From the NCBI RefSeq assembly GCF_001677475.2, contig NZ_CP015229.1: 64,000 nt of DNA, one strand, 5' to 3'. The position numbers and the translations under genes are program-made. The notes below the pieces were generated by a model. It worked only from the letters and a program-made list of their open reading frames with translations, did not search any database and was not told the origin of the DNA. Numbering within the stretch: position 1 is the first letter of the stretch; each line of letters starts with the position of its first letter. Below, piece by piece: positions 24,086-34,702 of this stretch. The DNA comes from Escherichia coli. GTDB taxonomy: Bacteria > Pseudomonadota > Gammaproteobacteria > Enterobacterales > Enterobacteriaceae.

Positions 24086-24676
24086 GTGAAAGCAAAAATT
24101 CTCATTCCATCGTTATCTGTTCTCTTGATGGGTATATCGGCTTTAAGTTATGCGGACACTCCTGCCGGTAAAGTTCATTTCAATGGGCTAATTACTGCAT
24201 CAACTTGTGACTTAGAGCAAGGTACAGGCAAGGGACAGAATGACCAGACCGTAACGCTTCAGACAGTGGACGTTGCTGATTTTGGCGCTGCTGTAGGTAA
24301 TGAAGCAGCAAACTCTGCAACAGATTTTAATATTAATCTTACCGGTTGTACGACACAATTAGGTAGCATCAACCTTGAATTTAGCGGTAATACCACCGAT
24401 GCCACCGATAATACAGCCCTGGCAATTGACACCGGTGCAGATAAAGCAACAGGCGTAGGGATTCGTATTTATCGTGAAGGTGCTTCTTCACCGATTAATT
24501 TTGCTACTGATCGTACCGATGCAGAAAGCTCTGCGGTAACACTTTCATCCATTAGCCCAACCAATGGTGATGGCAAGCATAGCTTTAATTATAAAGCGGT
24601 TTATGTCAGAACAGCAGATACAATTACTGAAGGTCAGGGTAACGCGACTGCGGATTATCGTATCGCTTACTATTAA
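24086..24676 (+). CDS. Fimbrial major subunit (chaperone-usher pilin)
   Basis: 196 aa, signal peptide MKAKILIPSLSVLLMGISALSYA, Cys pair, C-terminal beta-strand ...YRIAYY; GTG start with AAGGAA RBS. Confidence 0.8.
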   Translation: MKAKILIPSLSVLLMGISALSYADTPAGKVHFNGLITASTCDLEQGTGKGQNDQTVTLQTVDVADFGAAVGNEAANSATDFNINLTGCTTQLGSINLEFSGNTTDATDNTALAIDTGADKATGVGIRIYREGASSPINFATDRTDAESSAVTLSSISPTNGDGKHSFNYKAVYVRTADTITEGQGNATADYRIAYY

Positions 24677-24733
24677 TGATATATTTCAAAGGGGTGAAAT
24701 TACTACACCCCTTAATTACTAAAGTAAAAATGC

Positions 24734-25438
24734 ATGAAAAAATACTCTTTATTACTGATTGTATTATTTGCCAACATTGCTTACGGGGGAGTGGTTATTC
24801 GGGGAACAAGAATTATTTACCCGTCCACGGCGCGGGAAATCCCTGTAGAAGTGACGAATCAAGATAAAGAGCGTTCATACCTTGTTCAGGCCTGGATGAG
24901 TGACTTTGCCAATGATGCAAATAAGAAAACGCCATTTGTACTCACTCCGCCGTTAGTTAAACTGGAAGCTCAGAAAAACACGCTTTTCCGCTTAATCTAT
25001 ACCGGTACGCAAAAATTGCCGGAGGATCGTGAATCCATTTTTTGGCTAAATGTAAAATCCATTCCTGGGATGTCAGAAGAGTCTTCACAGGTGCCGAATC
25101 AACTGCAATTTGCCGTTCAGAGCCAGCTCAAAGTTTTTTATCGTCCGCTGGGGCTTGCTGATGATGCCAATACCGCCTATAGCAAAATCGCTTTCCGGAT
25201 ACAAGGCAACAGGCTAATCGCCAAAAACCCAACACCTTACTTTGTCACCTTCCGCACTCTGGCAGTGAATGGTAAGCCCGTATCGTATAAAGGAAACGGC
25301 GTTGTGAAAATGATGCTCAATCCATTTGGCGAGCAAACATATACTCTGACCGCATCCTCTTCTGAAAACAATAGTGTTGAATGGTCAGCAATAAATGATT
25401 ACGGCGGTACGACAAATACCATAAAGACCCGGTTATAA
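24734..25438 (+). CDS. Periplasmic fimbrial chaperone (PapD-like)
   Basis: 234 aa, signal peptide, conserved chaperone motifs (GTRIIYP, LxQxW, FWLNVKSIP). Confidence 0.85.
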   Translation: MKKYSLLLIVLFANIAYGGVVIRGTRIIYPSTAREIPVEVTNQDKERSYLVQAWMSDFANDANKKTPFVLTPPLVKLEAQKNTLFRLIYTGTQKLPEDRESIFWLNVKSIPGMSEESSQVPNQLQFAVQSQLKVFYRPLGLADDANTAYSKIAFRIQGNRLIAKNPTPYFVTFRTLAVNGKPVSYKGNGVVKMMLNPFGEQTYTLTASSSENNSVEWSAINDYGGTTNTIKTRL

Positions 25439-25499
25439 GCGCAATAGATTGTTCAGGAAAACGACAGGAATTATCTCGTACAAGGAAAGTAATAATAAC

Positions 25500-27986
25500 A
25501 TGAACTCCTTACATCTATTTTGTTTGCATGTTGTTGTAACAATAGTGCCATTGACACTGTTACAAAACAGTTACGCCCGCGAGGTGTTTAATTACAAACT
25601 TTTAGAGTCAGGGGCTTCAGAAAGCGAACTGGAAGCCATTAAAAATTTTGACAAAAATGATGGCCTGGTGCCCGGTAAATATCGGGTCGATGTTTTTATG
25701 AATAATCAACGCATTACACGTAAAGATATTGATTTTGTCGTTGATGATAAAGCGAACAAACTCTTACCTGTGTTAAGCAAAAAAGAGTATATCGCTATGG
25801 GGGTTGCCGATAGCCCCTCCGCGTCATTTGCCACGCTGGCAAATGACGATATCGTGACGAATTTAGAAAATTATATTCCCTTTTCATCAGTGCGCTTTGA
25901 GCAAAGTTCGCTGCGTCTGTATCTGTCAGTTCCACAACTGGCGATGAACAATGCCGCAAACGGGTATATTGATCCGGTTTTATGGGATAATGGATTGCCT
26001 GCGTTGTTTACAAATTACTATTTTAGCGGCTCACATAATTGGCAAGATGGTCGTTCAGATAATAGTTCATATCTTAATCTGAATAATGGTATTAATCTTG
26101 GTCCCTGGCGTTTAAGAAATAACATTAATTATAACGATGGCACCTGGCAAAATATTGATACCTATATCTGGCGAAATATCCCTGCGTTAACCAGCAAACT
26201 CATTCTTGGCGATACCTGGACAGATTCAGCCGTTTTCGATAGTTTCCAGTTTCGCGGGGTAAAACTGGAAAGTAATGAAAATATGCTTCCTTACAGCATG
26301 AGAGGTTTTGCCCCCGTTATTCGCGGCGTTGCCAAAAGCAATGCGCAAGTGACGATTCGACAAAATAATTATATTATTTACCAAAGTACGGTATCCCCAG
26401 GTCCTTTCGAATTACATGATGTCTCTCCTGTTTCTTCTGGTGGGGATATGGAAGTCACGGTAAAAGAATCTGATGGTAGCGAACAAAAATATATTCAGGC
26501 ATCAGCTTCAATTCCTGTCATGCGCCGAGAAGGAGCCATGTCTTATAGTTTATCTGGCGGAGAATATCGCTCATCTGATAACTCCCATGATAAACCCGGC
26601 TTTGCTCAGGCGACGCTGATTTACGGTTTACCTGCAGGCATTACCCTCTATGGTGGCACAATTTTTGCCAGTGATTATCGTTCTGGCGCATTAGGTGCGG
26701 GTGTCGATTTACAACACTTTGGCTCGCTTTCAGCAGACATTACTCGTTCATATAGCCAGACGGTTGATGACAGTTCACAACAAGGACAATCTTACCGATT
26801 GCTTTACTCGAAAAATTTCTCCAGCACTGAAACGAATATCACGCTTGCTGGCTACCGTTATTCCACAGAGAATTTCTATACCTTTAGCGAAGCACAAAAT
26901 AATAAAGAGTATGATGAGGACGACGCGTTTTCATACCGTAACAACTATAACCGCCATCGTCGGTTACAACTTACCATTAATCAGGCGATCCCCTCGTTTG
27001 GTCAGTTCAATATTTCAGGCTATCAACAAGATTATTGGGGACTCGGGGGTAAAGAGCGCAGCCTCAGCGTAGGGTATAGTCATAGTTGGGAAAATGTGAG
27101 TTTTAGCCTAAGTTATTTACTGACACGAATGCCAGACAATAATAAGAACGATCAACAACTCTCACTTTCTGTCAGCGTTCCACTAGGAAAATGGTTACCT
27201 GGTGCGCATGTTAATTACAATAACACCAGCAGTAATAGCGGTCACACTTTAAACAGTGTGGCGCTTAACGGTACTGCGCTGGAAGATAATAATCTCAGTT
27301 ATAGTCTGCAACAAAGTCATGGCGATCAAGGTTATGGTGGCAATACGTCACTCAGTTATCGCTCCAGTAAAGGCGTAATAGGCGCAGGCTGGAACTATAG
27401 TCAGGATCAACGGCAATTAAATTACAATATGCAGGGCGCAATTGTTCTGCATCCGTATGGATTAACCCTTGCCCAGTCTTTAGGTGAATCATCGATTCTG
27501 GTGCGCGCCCCTGATGCCAGTGGGCTGGGCATTAACAGAGGAACGTCGGTTTATACCGACTGGCGAGGATACTCCATCATCCCTTACGCATCAGCATTTC
27601 AGCGCAACCGTATCGCCATCAATACGCAAACCTTGCCGTCAAATGTTGAAATACCGGAACCGGTACAAGAAGTTATTCCTACGGAAGGCGCATTAGTCGT
27701 AGCCAATTTTTCAACGCGATATGGTCAGAAATTACTTTTAACCTTAATGCATAAAGACAAATTTGTTCCCTTTGGAGCCGTAGTCACTGCTGAAGATGAG
27801 CAAATTTCAACCCTCGTTGGGCGAAACGGTGAAACGTATTTATCCGGCGTACAAGCTAATCAAAAATGGCAAGTCAAGTGGGGAAAATCGGCCACTGAAA
27901 GTTGCCAGGTTCATATATCACCAGAACTACTTCAGACACCGCAAAACATGACTAATCTTATTATTGCCACCGCAGCGTGTGATTAA
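25500..27986 (+). CDS. Outer-membrane fimbrial usher
   Basis: About 829 aa from ATG 25500 (ORF-track start 25449 is TTG); usher-sized beta-barrel protein with C-terminal Cys pair. Confidence 0.85.
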   Translation: MNSLHLFCLHVVVTIVPLTLLQNSYAREVFNYKLLESGASESELEAIKNFDKNDGLVPGKYRVDVFMNNQRITRKDIDFVVDDKANKLLPVLSKKEYIAMGVADSPSASFATLANDDIVTNLENYIPFSSVRFEQSSLRLYLSVPQLAMNNAANGYIDPVLWDNGLPALFTNYYFSGSHNWQDGRSDNSSYLNLNNGINLGPWRLRNNINYNDGTWQNIDTYIWRNIPALTSKLILGDTWTDSAVFDSFQFRGVKLESNENMLPYSMRGFAPVIRGVAKSNAQVTIRQNNYIIYQSTVSPGPFELHDVSPVSSGGDMEVTVKESDGSEQKYIQASASIPVMRREGAMSYSLSGGEYRSSDNSHDKPGFAQATLIYGLPAGITLYGGTIFASDYRSGALGAGVDLQHFGSLSADITRSYSQTVDDSSQQGQSYRLLYSKNFSSTETNITLAGYRYSTENFYTFSEAQNNKEYDEDDAFSYRNNYNRHRRLQLTINQAIPSFGQFNISGYQQDYWGLGGKERSLSVGYSHSWENVSFSLSYLLTRMPDNNKNDQQLSLSVSVPLGKWLPGAHVNYNNTSSNSGHTLNSVALNGTALEDNNLSYSLQQSHGDQGYGGNTSLSYRSSKGVIGAGWNYSQDQRQLNYNMQGAIVLHPYGLTLAQSLGESSILVRAPDASGLGINRGTSVYTDWRGYSIIPYASAFQRNRIAINTQTLPSNVEIPEPVQEVIPTEGALVVANFSTRYGQKLLLTLMHKDKFVPFGAVVTAEDEQISTLVGRNGETYLSGVQANQKWQVKWGKSATESCQVHISPELLQTPQNMTNLIIATAACD

Positions 27987-27990
27987 CATC

Positions 27991-29037
27991 ATGAAGATAA
28001 AAATCATCAGTACTTATAAAGTTACAAGTCGTGAAACGTTATTGCTGCTGGTTATTTTGATAGCAGCCTTTGTTCCTTCTCTTAGTTTCGCTAAAACATG
28101 TAGCTACGCCAGTGGTGGACCGGCATTAGTTTCATTTTCTGATATTTCGATCAATTCTGAATACAATAAAAATACAGCGCCAGGAACCATAATTTTTGAT
28201 CGAAGTTATCATTCCAGTCACTCAGGACAGATCACATGCTCAGACAATTATCCTGATTACAGTGAAGGGTTTGCCACTTCTCCTTCAACTTTAGTCGGCA
28301 GTGATATCTGTTTATTCAATGTACCTTTGACTAATGGAAAAAATTCTGGCATCGGCATTAAAATATTTTACGATTTAAAGAATAATAATACCACCCCAAA
28401 CAATTACTGCATGGAATACCCTAAACGTACCAGCACTGCAAATAAAAACAACTTTTCCGTTGAGGGTAATTTCCGCATACAATTAAAAGTCATCGGGGAA
28501 TTACAGAGTGGTGAAATTGATTTATCTCGTTTTAGTAATGCTGGCATTTGGTGGAATAATATTGAGGCATTTTCTCTCGAATTTAGCAACACCATTATTA
28601 ATCTTCACTCATTGAGCTGCGACCTGAACACGCCTGATGTTCCAGTTTCATTATCACCCGCCGCAGGAATTAATTCCGACATCACCTTCAAAGGGATTAA
28701 CTCCACTTCGGCGCTGGTAGATTTTAATATCGGACTAACGTGTGATCCGGGAACCAATGTCGCCATACGTTTTGAAGGCGATACGGTAAGTGGAAGTAAT
28801 AATTCAATCCTGAAGCTAACTCAACAGAATAATTCTGCCTCTGGGGTTGGCGTACAGATCTTAGATAAGAATAAAAATATTATCCCCCTTAATCAACCTG
28901 ATTACGTTTTACAGTTAAGTAATATTCAGCAATCAGCCACGTCGTTGAATTTTAGTGCGCGATATATTCAGACAGAAAGTAATGTAACGCCAGGAAAAGC
29001 GGATGCGGATGCGACATTTTATCTTTCGTTTCCGTAA
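27991..29037 (+). CDS. Fimbrial tip adhesin / minor subunit (two-domain)
   Basis: About 349 aa from ATG 27991; signal peptide, N-terminal lectin-like half and C-terminal pilin-like half; last gene of the operon. Confidence 0.65.
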   Translation: MKIKIISTYKVTSRETLLLLVILIAAFVPSLSFAKTCSYASGGPALVSFSDISINSEYNKNTAPGTIIFDRSYHSSHSGQITCSDNYPDYSEGFATSPSTLVGSDICLFNVPLTNGKNSGIGIKIFYDLKNNNTTPNNYCMEYPKRTSTANKNNFSVEGNFRIQLKVIGELQSGEIDLSRFSNAGIWWNNIEAFSLEFSNTIINLHSLSCDLNTPDVPVSLSPAAGINSDITFKGINSTSALVDFNIGLTCDPGTNVAIRFEGDTVSGSNNSILKLTQQNNSASGVGVQILDKNKNIIPLNQPDYVLQLSNIQQSATSLNFSARYIQTESNVTPGKADADATFYLSFP

Positions 29038-29060
29038 TGAACAGCAATAAACCCGCGAAC

Positions 29061-29084
29061 AGGTGCCGGAAGCATCCGGCACCT
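29061..29084. terminator. Bidirectional hairpin between the fimbrial operon and yfaY
   Basis: Perfect inverted repeat aggtgccgga-AGCA-tccggcacct in the 53-bp convergent gap. Confidence 0.5.
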
Positions 29085-29090
29085 GGAATA

Positions 29091-30296
29091 TTATTGCGGC
29101 GACAGTCTCAGCGACTCAACAACCTCAATCCAGCCATGCTCACTGGCGATGTTCTGCCCGTTCAGCCAGCGGCGCAGCATATTCAGTGCCATCATTGCGC
29201 ACACTTCCTGACGGATAGCCAGGCTGTAGCGCGTAGTGCTGAAACGCACACGCAGAGCGAAAGTGCCGTCTGGTGTGGCTAGCGCAAAGTTGAGATGTTC
29301 GTTCTCGAAACCAGAAACAGCCAGTGCCAGCCCGGCAAAATGGTTGGCCCGCCGTTCTGTAATCCAGTGTGCAGTTTGCGCCAGAGTTTCTTCCTGTGAA
29401 GGAACCACTTCACATGCCAGTAATGGCGCACCTGCGCGCGAGAGTTGCAAAGCCAATAAACCACCGGTGAATTGCTCACTTAACGTCAGGCTGAACTGGC
29501 GACTTTGCAGTTCGCGACTGATTTGTGCAGGCAGTCCTTCTGTGCCTTCGAAAATCATGCTTTGCCCGGCGACGCGTTTAACGTCCAGCCACAGTTTTTC
29601 CATCGCCTGTTGCTCGCTTGCCGGTCCAGTGAGTTTCAGTTCAATAATCGGCATGGAAGAGCGATAGCCCATCGTCACACCTGGCGGCAGTTGCAACACA
29701 TCCAGGCTTTGTGCCAGATCGCTTTCCGAACGACCAAAAGTGGTCAGCCGCAGGCAAACCGGCGGCTGCGGCAAAGAAAAACGCTCGCGCAGGCGCGGCA
29801 GGATTTCATGCTCGACCATCACCTTAAACTCCGACGGTACGCCGGGGGTAAAGAATATCAGGCAACGGTTAAGCTGCACGGCAAAACCACAAGCGGTGCC
29901 TACCGGGTTATTGATAAATTCAGCACTGGCTGGCAGCTCCGCCTGTTTGCGGTTGCTCGGCGCCATTACGCGACCACGTTCGCGGAAATAGCGTTCCATC
30001 TCATTGAGCCATGCTTCATGAAGAACCAGGTTTTCACCTTTGGCTGTCGCTGCGGCGAGTGCGCTTAAATCATCACTGGTCGGCCCCAGTCCGCCATTGA
30101 CGATCAGCACATCGGCGTGCTGACTACGTTCGCGCAGAATGGTGACTAAGTCATCAAGGTTATCCCCCACCGTATTGCGGCGAGATAATGGCAACCCCTG
30201 ATGAAAGAAAAAATCGGCCAGCCAGGCAGCGTTAGTGTCAACGATTTGCCCGTGTAACACTTCATCCCCGGTGGATAGCATTTCCACTTTTAACAT
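29091..30296 (-). CDS. yfaY: CinA-like (MoCF-binding / competence-damage) protein
   Basis: 401-aa ORF MLKVEMLSTGDEVLHGQIVDTNAAWLADFF... typical CinA N-terminal domain. Confidence 0.85.
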   Translation of the reverse strand: MLKVEMLSTGDEVLHGQIVDTNAAWLADFFFHQGLPLSRRNTVGDNLDDLVTILRERSQHADVLIVNGGLGPTSDDLSALAAATAKGENLVLHEAWLNEMERYFRERGRVMAPSNRKQAELPASAEFINNPVGTACGFAVQLNRCLIFFTPGVPSEFKVMVEHEILPRLRERFSLPQPPVCLRLTTFGRSESDLAQSLDVLQLPPGVTMGYRSSMPIIELKLTGPASEQQAMEKLWLDVKRVAGQSMIFEGTEGLPAQISRELQSRQFSLTLSEQFTGGLLALQLSRAGAPLLACEVVPSQEETLAQTAHWITERRANHFAGLALAVSGFENEHLNFALATPDGTFALRVRFSTTRYSLAIRQEVCAMMALNMLRRWLNGQNIASEHGWIEVVESLRLSPQ

Positions 30297-30395
30297 GGTT
30301 ATCTCCTGCTTTTGTTATCGAATCACTATAACGCAAAGGGAGATAAGGCGTAGTAAGAAACTGAATGGCGCGGCAGAATGCCGCGCCGGAAGGGA

Positions 30396-30938
30396 TCAGA
30401 AACTGGCGTTAACCCCCACATACGGGCCGTCAGCCACGGCGTTGTCGCGGTTACCGTCTTTACCCGACAGATTCAGGTAGCGATAACCCGCCTCAATACT
30501 GACTGGACGTATAATGGTGTAACGCGCGCCAGCATTCGCTTCCTCATAACTTTGAATACCGCTGGAGAGCGAATCCGGAGAGTAGTAATACTCGCCAAAC
30601 AAACGGAAGCTGTTGCCAATTTTCCACTGCAAACCACCTCCTACCGCTGCGGCATAACCTTCATCGCCGTAATTCGGGTTGGTGTAAACGCCTTTTCCGC
30701 CAACGGTCGCCATTAACGGCCCGAGAGGCAGATTCAACCCCAGCCCCACGCCCGCGACGTCACCGTCGTCGTCGTTATGTGTCCAGTTACCGCTTAACGC
30801 CAGGCCCGTCGATTCAGTCCCAAAACCGACACCAATATTGGTGTATTCTTTACCCGCCTGACCGCTGATGCTCATTGCATTGACCGATGCAGAAACCAAC
30901 AGCATTCCGGCCAGACCTGCTAGCGCAATTTTTTTCAT
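30396..30938 (-). CDS. yfaZ: Small outer-membrane beta-barrel protein YfaZ
   Basis: Start MKKIALAGLAGMLLVSASVNA (signal peptide), Gly/Tyr-rich beta-strands, C-terminal F. Confidence 0.8.
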   Translation of the reverse strand: MKKIALAGLAGMLLVSASVNAMSISGQAGKEYTNIGVGFGTESTGLALSGNWTHNDDDGDVAGVGLGLNLPLGPLMATVGGKGVYTNPNYGDEGYAAAVGGGLQWKIGNSFRLFGEYYYSPDSLSSGIQSYEEANAGARYTIIRPVSIEAGYRYLNLSGKDGNRDNAVADGPYVGVNASF

Positions 30939-31216
30939 TATCCCCTTTCCCACAAGCAATTAATCAAAATTCCCAAAGCTGCGGGATTGTACTGCCTGGC
31001 ACAGAGGATTCAATGAGCGAAAAAAGGGATCTAGTCACTTATTGTAACTAAATACTTCTTAAATAATTAAACGCCGAAAAAATAAACACACTTTATCGAT
31101 ACACACAAAAATAATAATAAGTACAGTTATCATCGCAAAAGAGATTACTGTCACTTTCACATATTTCTGAGTTACCGTATTCTCATGGTTTCTTTTAATT
31201 TATAAGGAATACCCCT

Positions 31217-31642
31217 GTGCGACAACGGACTATTGTATGCCCTTTGATTCAAAATGATGGTGCTTATTTGCTGTGTAAAATGGCCGACGATCGCGGCGTT
31301 TTCCCCGGTCAATGGGCGCTTTCGGGTGGCGGCGTGGAGTCTGGCGAACGAATTGAAGAGGCACTACGCCGCGAAATTCGCGAAGAACTGGGAGAACAGC
31401 TGCTTTTGACAGAAATCACGCCGTGGACCTTCAGCGATGATATTCGCACCAAGACGTATGCAGATGGTCGCAAGGAAGAGATTTATATGATTTACCTGAT
31501 TTTTGACTGCGTTTCTGCCAACCGAGAAGTGAAAATAAACGAAGAGTTTCAGGACTACGCGTGGGTAAAACCTGAAGATCTGGTGCATTATGATTTGAAT
31601 GTTGCCACCCGAAAAACGTTACGTTTGAAAGGTCTTCTTTAA
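31217..31642 (+). CDS. nudI: Nucleoside triphosphatase NudI (Nudix hydrolase)
   Basis: 141 aa with Nudix box [23 protein letters not shown]. Confidence 0.9.
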   Translation: MRQRTIVCPLIQNDGAYLLCKMADDRGVFPGQWALSGGGVESGERIEEALRREIREELGEQLLLTEITPWTFSDDIRTKTYADGRKEEIYMIYLIFDCVSANREVKINEEFQDYAWVKPEDLVHYDLNVATRKTLRLKGLL

Positions 31643-31649
31643 CAATGAT

Positions 31650-31669
31650 GACAGCCATCACTGGCTGTC
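31650..31669. terminator. Hairpin between convergent nudI and ais
   Basis: gacagcca-TCAC-tggctgtc. Confidence 0.4.
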
Positions 31670-31680
31670 AGATTGAAAAT

Positions 31681-32283
31681 TTAGTGGTTAACGAATTCCC
31701 CATCCAGATAAACTTTGCCTTTTTCCACATGCATGACTAAACCATCCAGATAATCAGGTTTAAATGTCGCATCACGCTTATCTTTAGCAATATATGTTAG
31801 GCAATGATTATGGGTAAAAATAACGATATTTTTATCAGGTGCTTTTCTTTGTAAGTCTTTAATTGCACTATAAATCTCATTACCGCATTGAAGAAGTCGT
31901 TTATCTACCGTCAGCTTTTTACCCGCTGAAAACCAGGTCGCCGACTGAATGGTCCGGACGGTATTACTGGAATAAAGATCGAAATCAGGGATATCAGCGC
32001 TAAAAGCGTTGCCCAGTTCACGGGCATCCTGGGTACCTTTAACCGTAATACCTGTTTTATCTGACAAGCATTGATTAGTTGAACGATCGCAACGTTCAGC
32101 ATGGCGAAACAAAACGACAACCGGGTGCTGCTGTGCCAGTCTGGCCAATGTTTTATTGTCGATACGTGGCAAACCATTGCTACTCCAGGCGGCATGAGTA
32201 CCCAGTCCGGCAATTGCAGCGAGCGCCAGTAAAATGATGAAATATTTTTTTGACTTCAATGATGAGCGGCAAAAAGCTAACAC
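31681..32283 (-). CDS. ais: PmrA-regulated LPS core heptose(II)-phosphate phosphatase Ais
   Basis: GTG start giving (M)[25 protein letters not shown]..., histidine-phosphatase RHAER motif; 200 aa. Confidence 0.85.
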   Translation of the reverse strand: MLAFCRSSLKSKKYFIILLALAAIAGLGTHAAWSSNGLPRIDNKTLARLAQQHPVVVLFRHAERCDRSTNQCLSDKTGITVKGTQDARELGNAFSADIPDFDLYSSNTVRTIQSATWFSAGKKLTVDKRLLQCGNEIYSAIKDLQRKAPDKNIVIFTHNHCLTYIAKDKRDATFKPDYLDGLVMHVEKGKVYLDGEFVNH

Positions 32284-32475
32284 GTAAACTCCACCTATAG
32301 ACAAGCGCAACCAGACAATTACCGTGAAATTGAGCGACATTTCTGGCAATAATTAGCAGTTGGTGTAATATTAAAAATCCTACGATGTCGGCAAAATGCC
32401 TCAAATTTTTGCCAAATGCAAAGCCTAAATAAGAAAAAATATAAAAATTTCAATATTTACGTCTAATATTAGTTT

Positions 32476-32492
32476 CTTAAGGTTAAGTTAAT
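32476..32492 (+). promoter_or_regulatory. PmrA (BasR) box of the arnB promoter
   Basis: CTTAAG-gttaa-GTTAAT direct repeat with 5-bp spacer, about 80 bp upstream of the arnB start. Confidence 0.6.
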
Positions 32493-32572
32493 ATTCTATC
32501 CTTAAAATTTCGCTCCAAATGGCAAAATATACACAACACTCTTTATAGAAAATATAAGTGGACAGGTATTCA

Positions 32573-33730
32573 ATGGCGGAAGGAAAAGCAATGTCAGAAT
32601 TTTTGCCTTTTTCGCGACCAGCAATGGGCGTGGAGGAACTCGCTGCAGTTAAAGAGGTTCTCGAATCCGGTTGGATCACAACCGGTCCGAAGAATCAGGC
32701 GCTTGAACAAGCCTTTTGCCAGTTGACGGGAAATCAGCATGCCATCGCGGTCAGTTCAGCCACCGCCGGAATGCATATCACGCTAATGGCGTTGGAAATT
32801 GGCAAGAGCGATGAAGTGATTACGCCTTCCCTGACCTGGGTTTCAACCCTCAATATGATTTCCTTGTTGGGTGCAACGCCGGTAATGGTGGATGTCGACC
32901 GCGATACGCTGATGGTCACGCCTGAAGCTATCGAGTCAGCCATTACGCCACGCACTAAAGCCATCATTCCGGTGCATTATGCCGGTGCGCCAGCAGATAT
33001 TGACGCCATTCGCGCCATTGGCGAACGTTACGGCATCGCAGTTATCGAAGATGCAGCCCATGCCGTCGGTACGTATTACAAAGGGCGACATATTGGCGCA
33101 AAAGGTACCGCTATTTTTTCGTTTCACGCCATCAAAAATATTACCTGTGCGGAAGGTGGCCTGATTGTTACTGATAATGAAAATCTTGCCCGCCAGCTAC
33201 GGATGCTGAAATTTCACGGTCTGGGTGTCGATGCCTATGACAGACAAACCTGGGGCCGTGCACCGCAGGCTGAAGTCTTAACGCCGGGCTATAAGTACAA
33301 TCTGACCGATATTAACGCCGCGATTGCCCTGACACAGTTAGTCAAATTAGAGCACCTCAACACCCGTCGGCGCGAAATTGCCCTGCAATACCAGCAAGCA
33401 CTGGCAGCTCTCCCCTTTCAGCCATTAAGCCTTCCCGCCTGGCCGCACGTTCACGCCTGGCATCTGTTTATTATTCGTGTCGATGAACAACGTTGTGGTA
33501 TCAGTCGCGATGCGTTGATGGAAGCGTTAAAAGAAAGAGGCATTGGTACCGGGTTACATTTCCGCGCCGCTCACACACAAAAATATTATCGCGAGCGTTG
33601 TCCCACGCTGTCGTTACCGAATACCGAATGGAATAGCGAACGCATCTGTTCGTTGCCGCTGTTCCCGGATATGACTACCGCCGATGCCGACCGCGTCATC
33701 ACAGCCCTTCAGCAACTCGCAGGACAATAA
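32573..33730 (+). CDS. arnB: UDP-4-amino-4-deoxy-L-arabinose--oxoglutarate aminotransferase
   Basis: Start [16 protein letters not shown]; DegT/ArnB-family PLP aminotransferase. Confidence 0.95.
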   Translation: MAEGKAMSEFLPFSRPAMGVEELAAVKEVLESGWITTGPKNQALEQAFCQLTGNQHAIAVSSATAGMHITLMALEIGKSDEVITPSLTWVSTLNMISLLGATPVMVDVDRDTLMVTPEAIESAITPRTKAIIPVHYAGAPADIDAIRAIGERYGIAVIEDAAHAVGTYYKGRHIGAKGTAIFSFHAIKNITCAEGGLIVTDNENLARQLRMLKFHGLGVDAYDRQTWGRAPQAEVLTPGYKYNLTDINAAIALTQLVKLEHLNTRRREIALQYQQALAALPFQPLSLPAWPHVHAWHLFIIRVDEQRCGISRDALMEALKERGIGTGLHFRAAHTQKYYRERCPTLSLPNTEWNSERICSLPLFPDMTTADADRVITALQQLAGQ

Positions 33731-34701
<971 letters not shown>

Positions 34702-34702
<1 letters not shown>

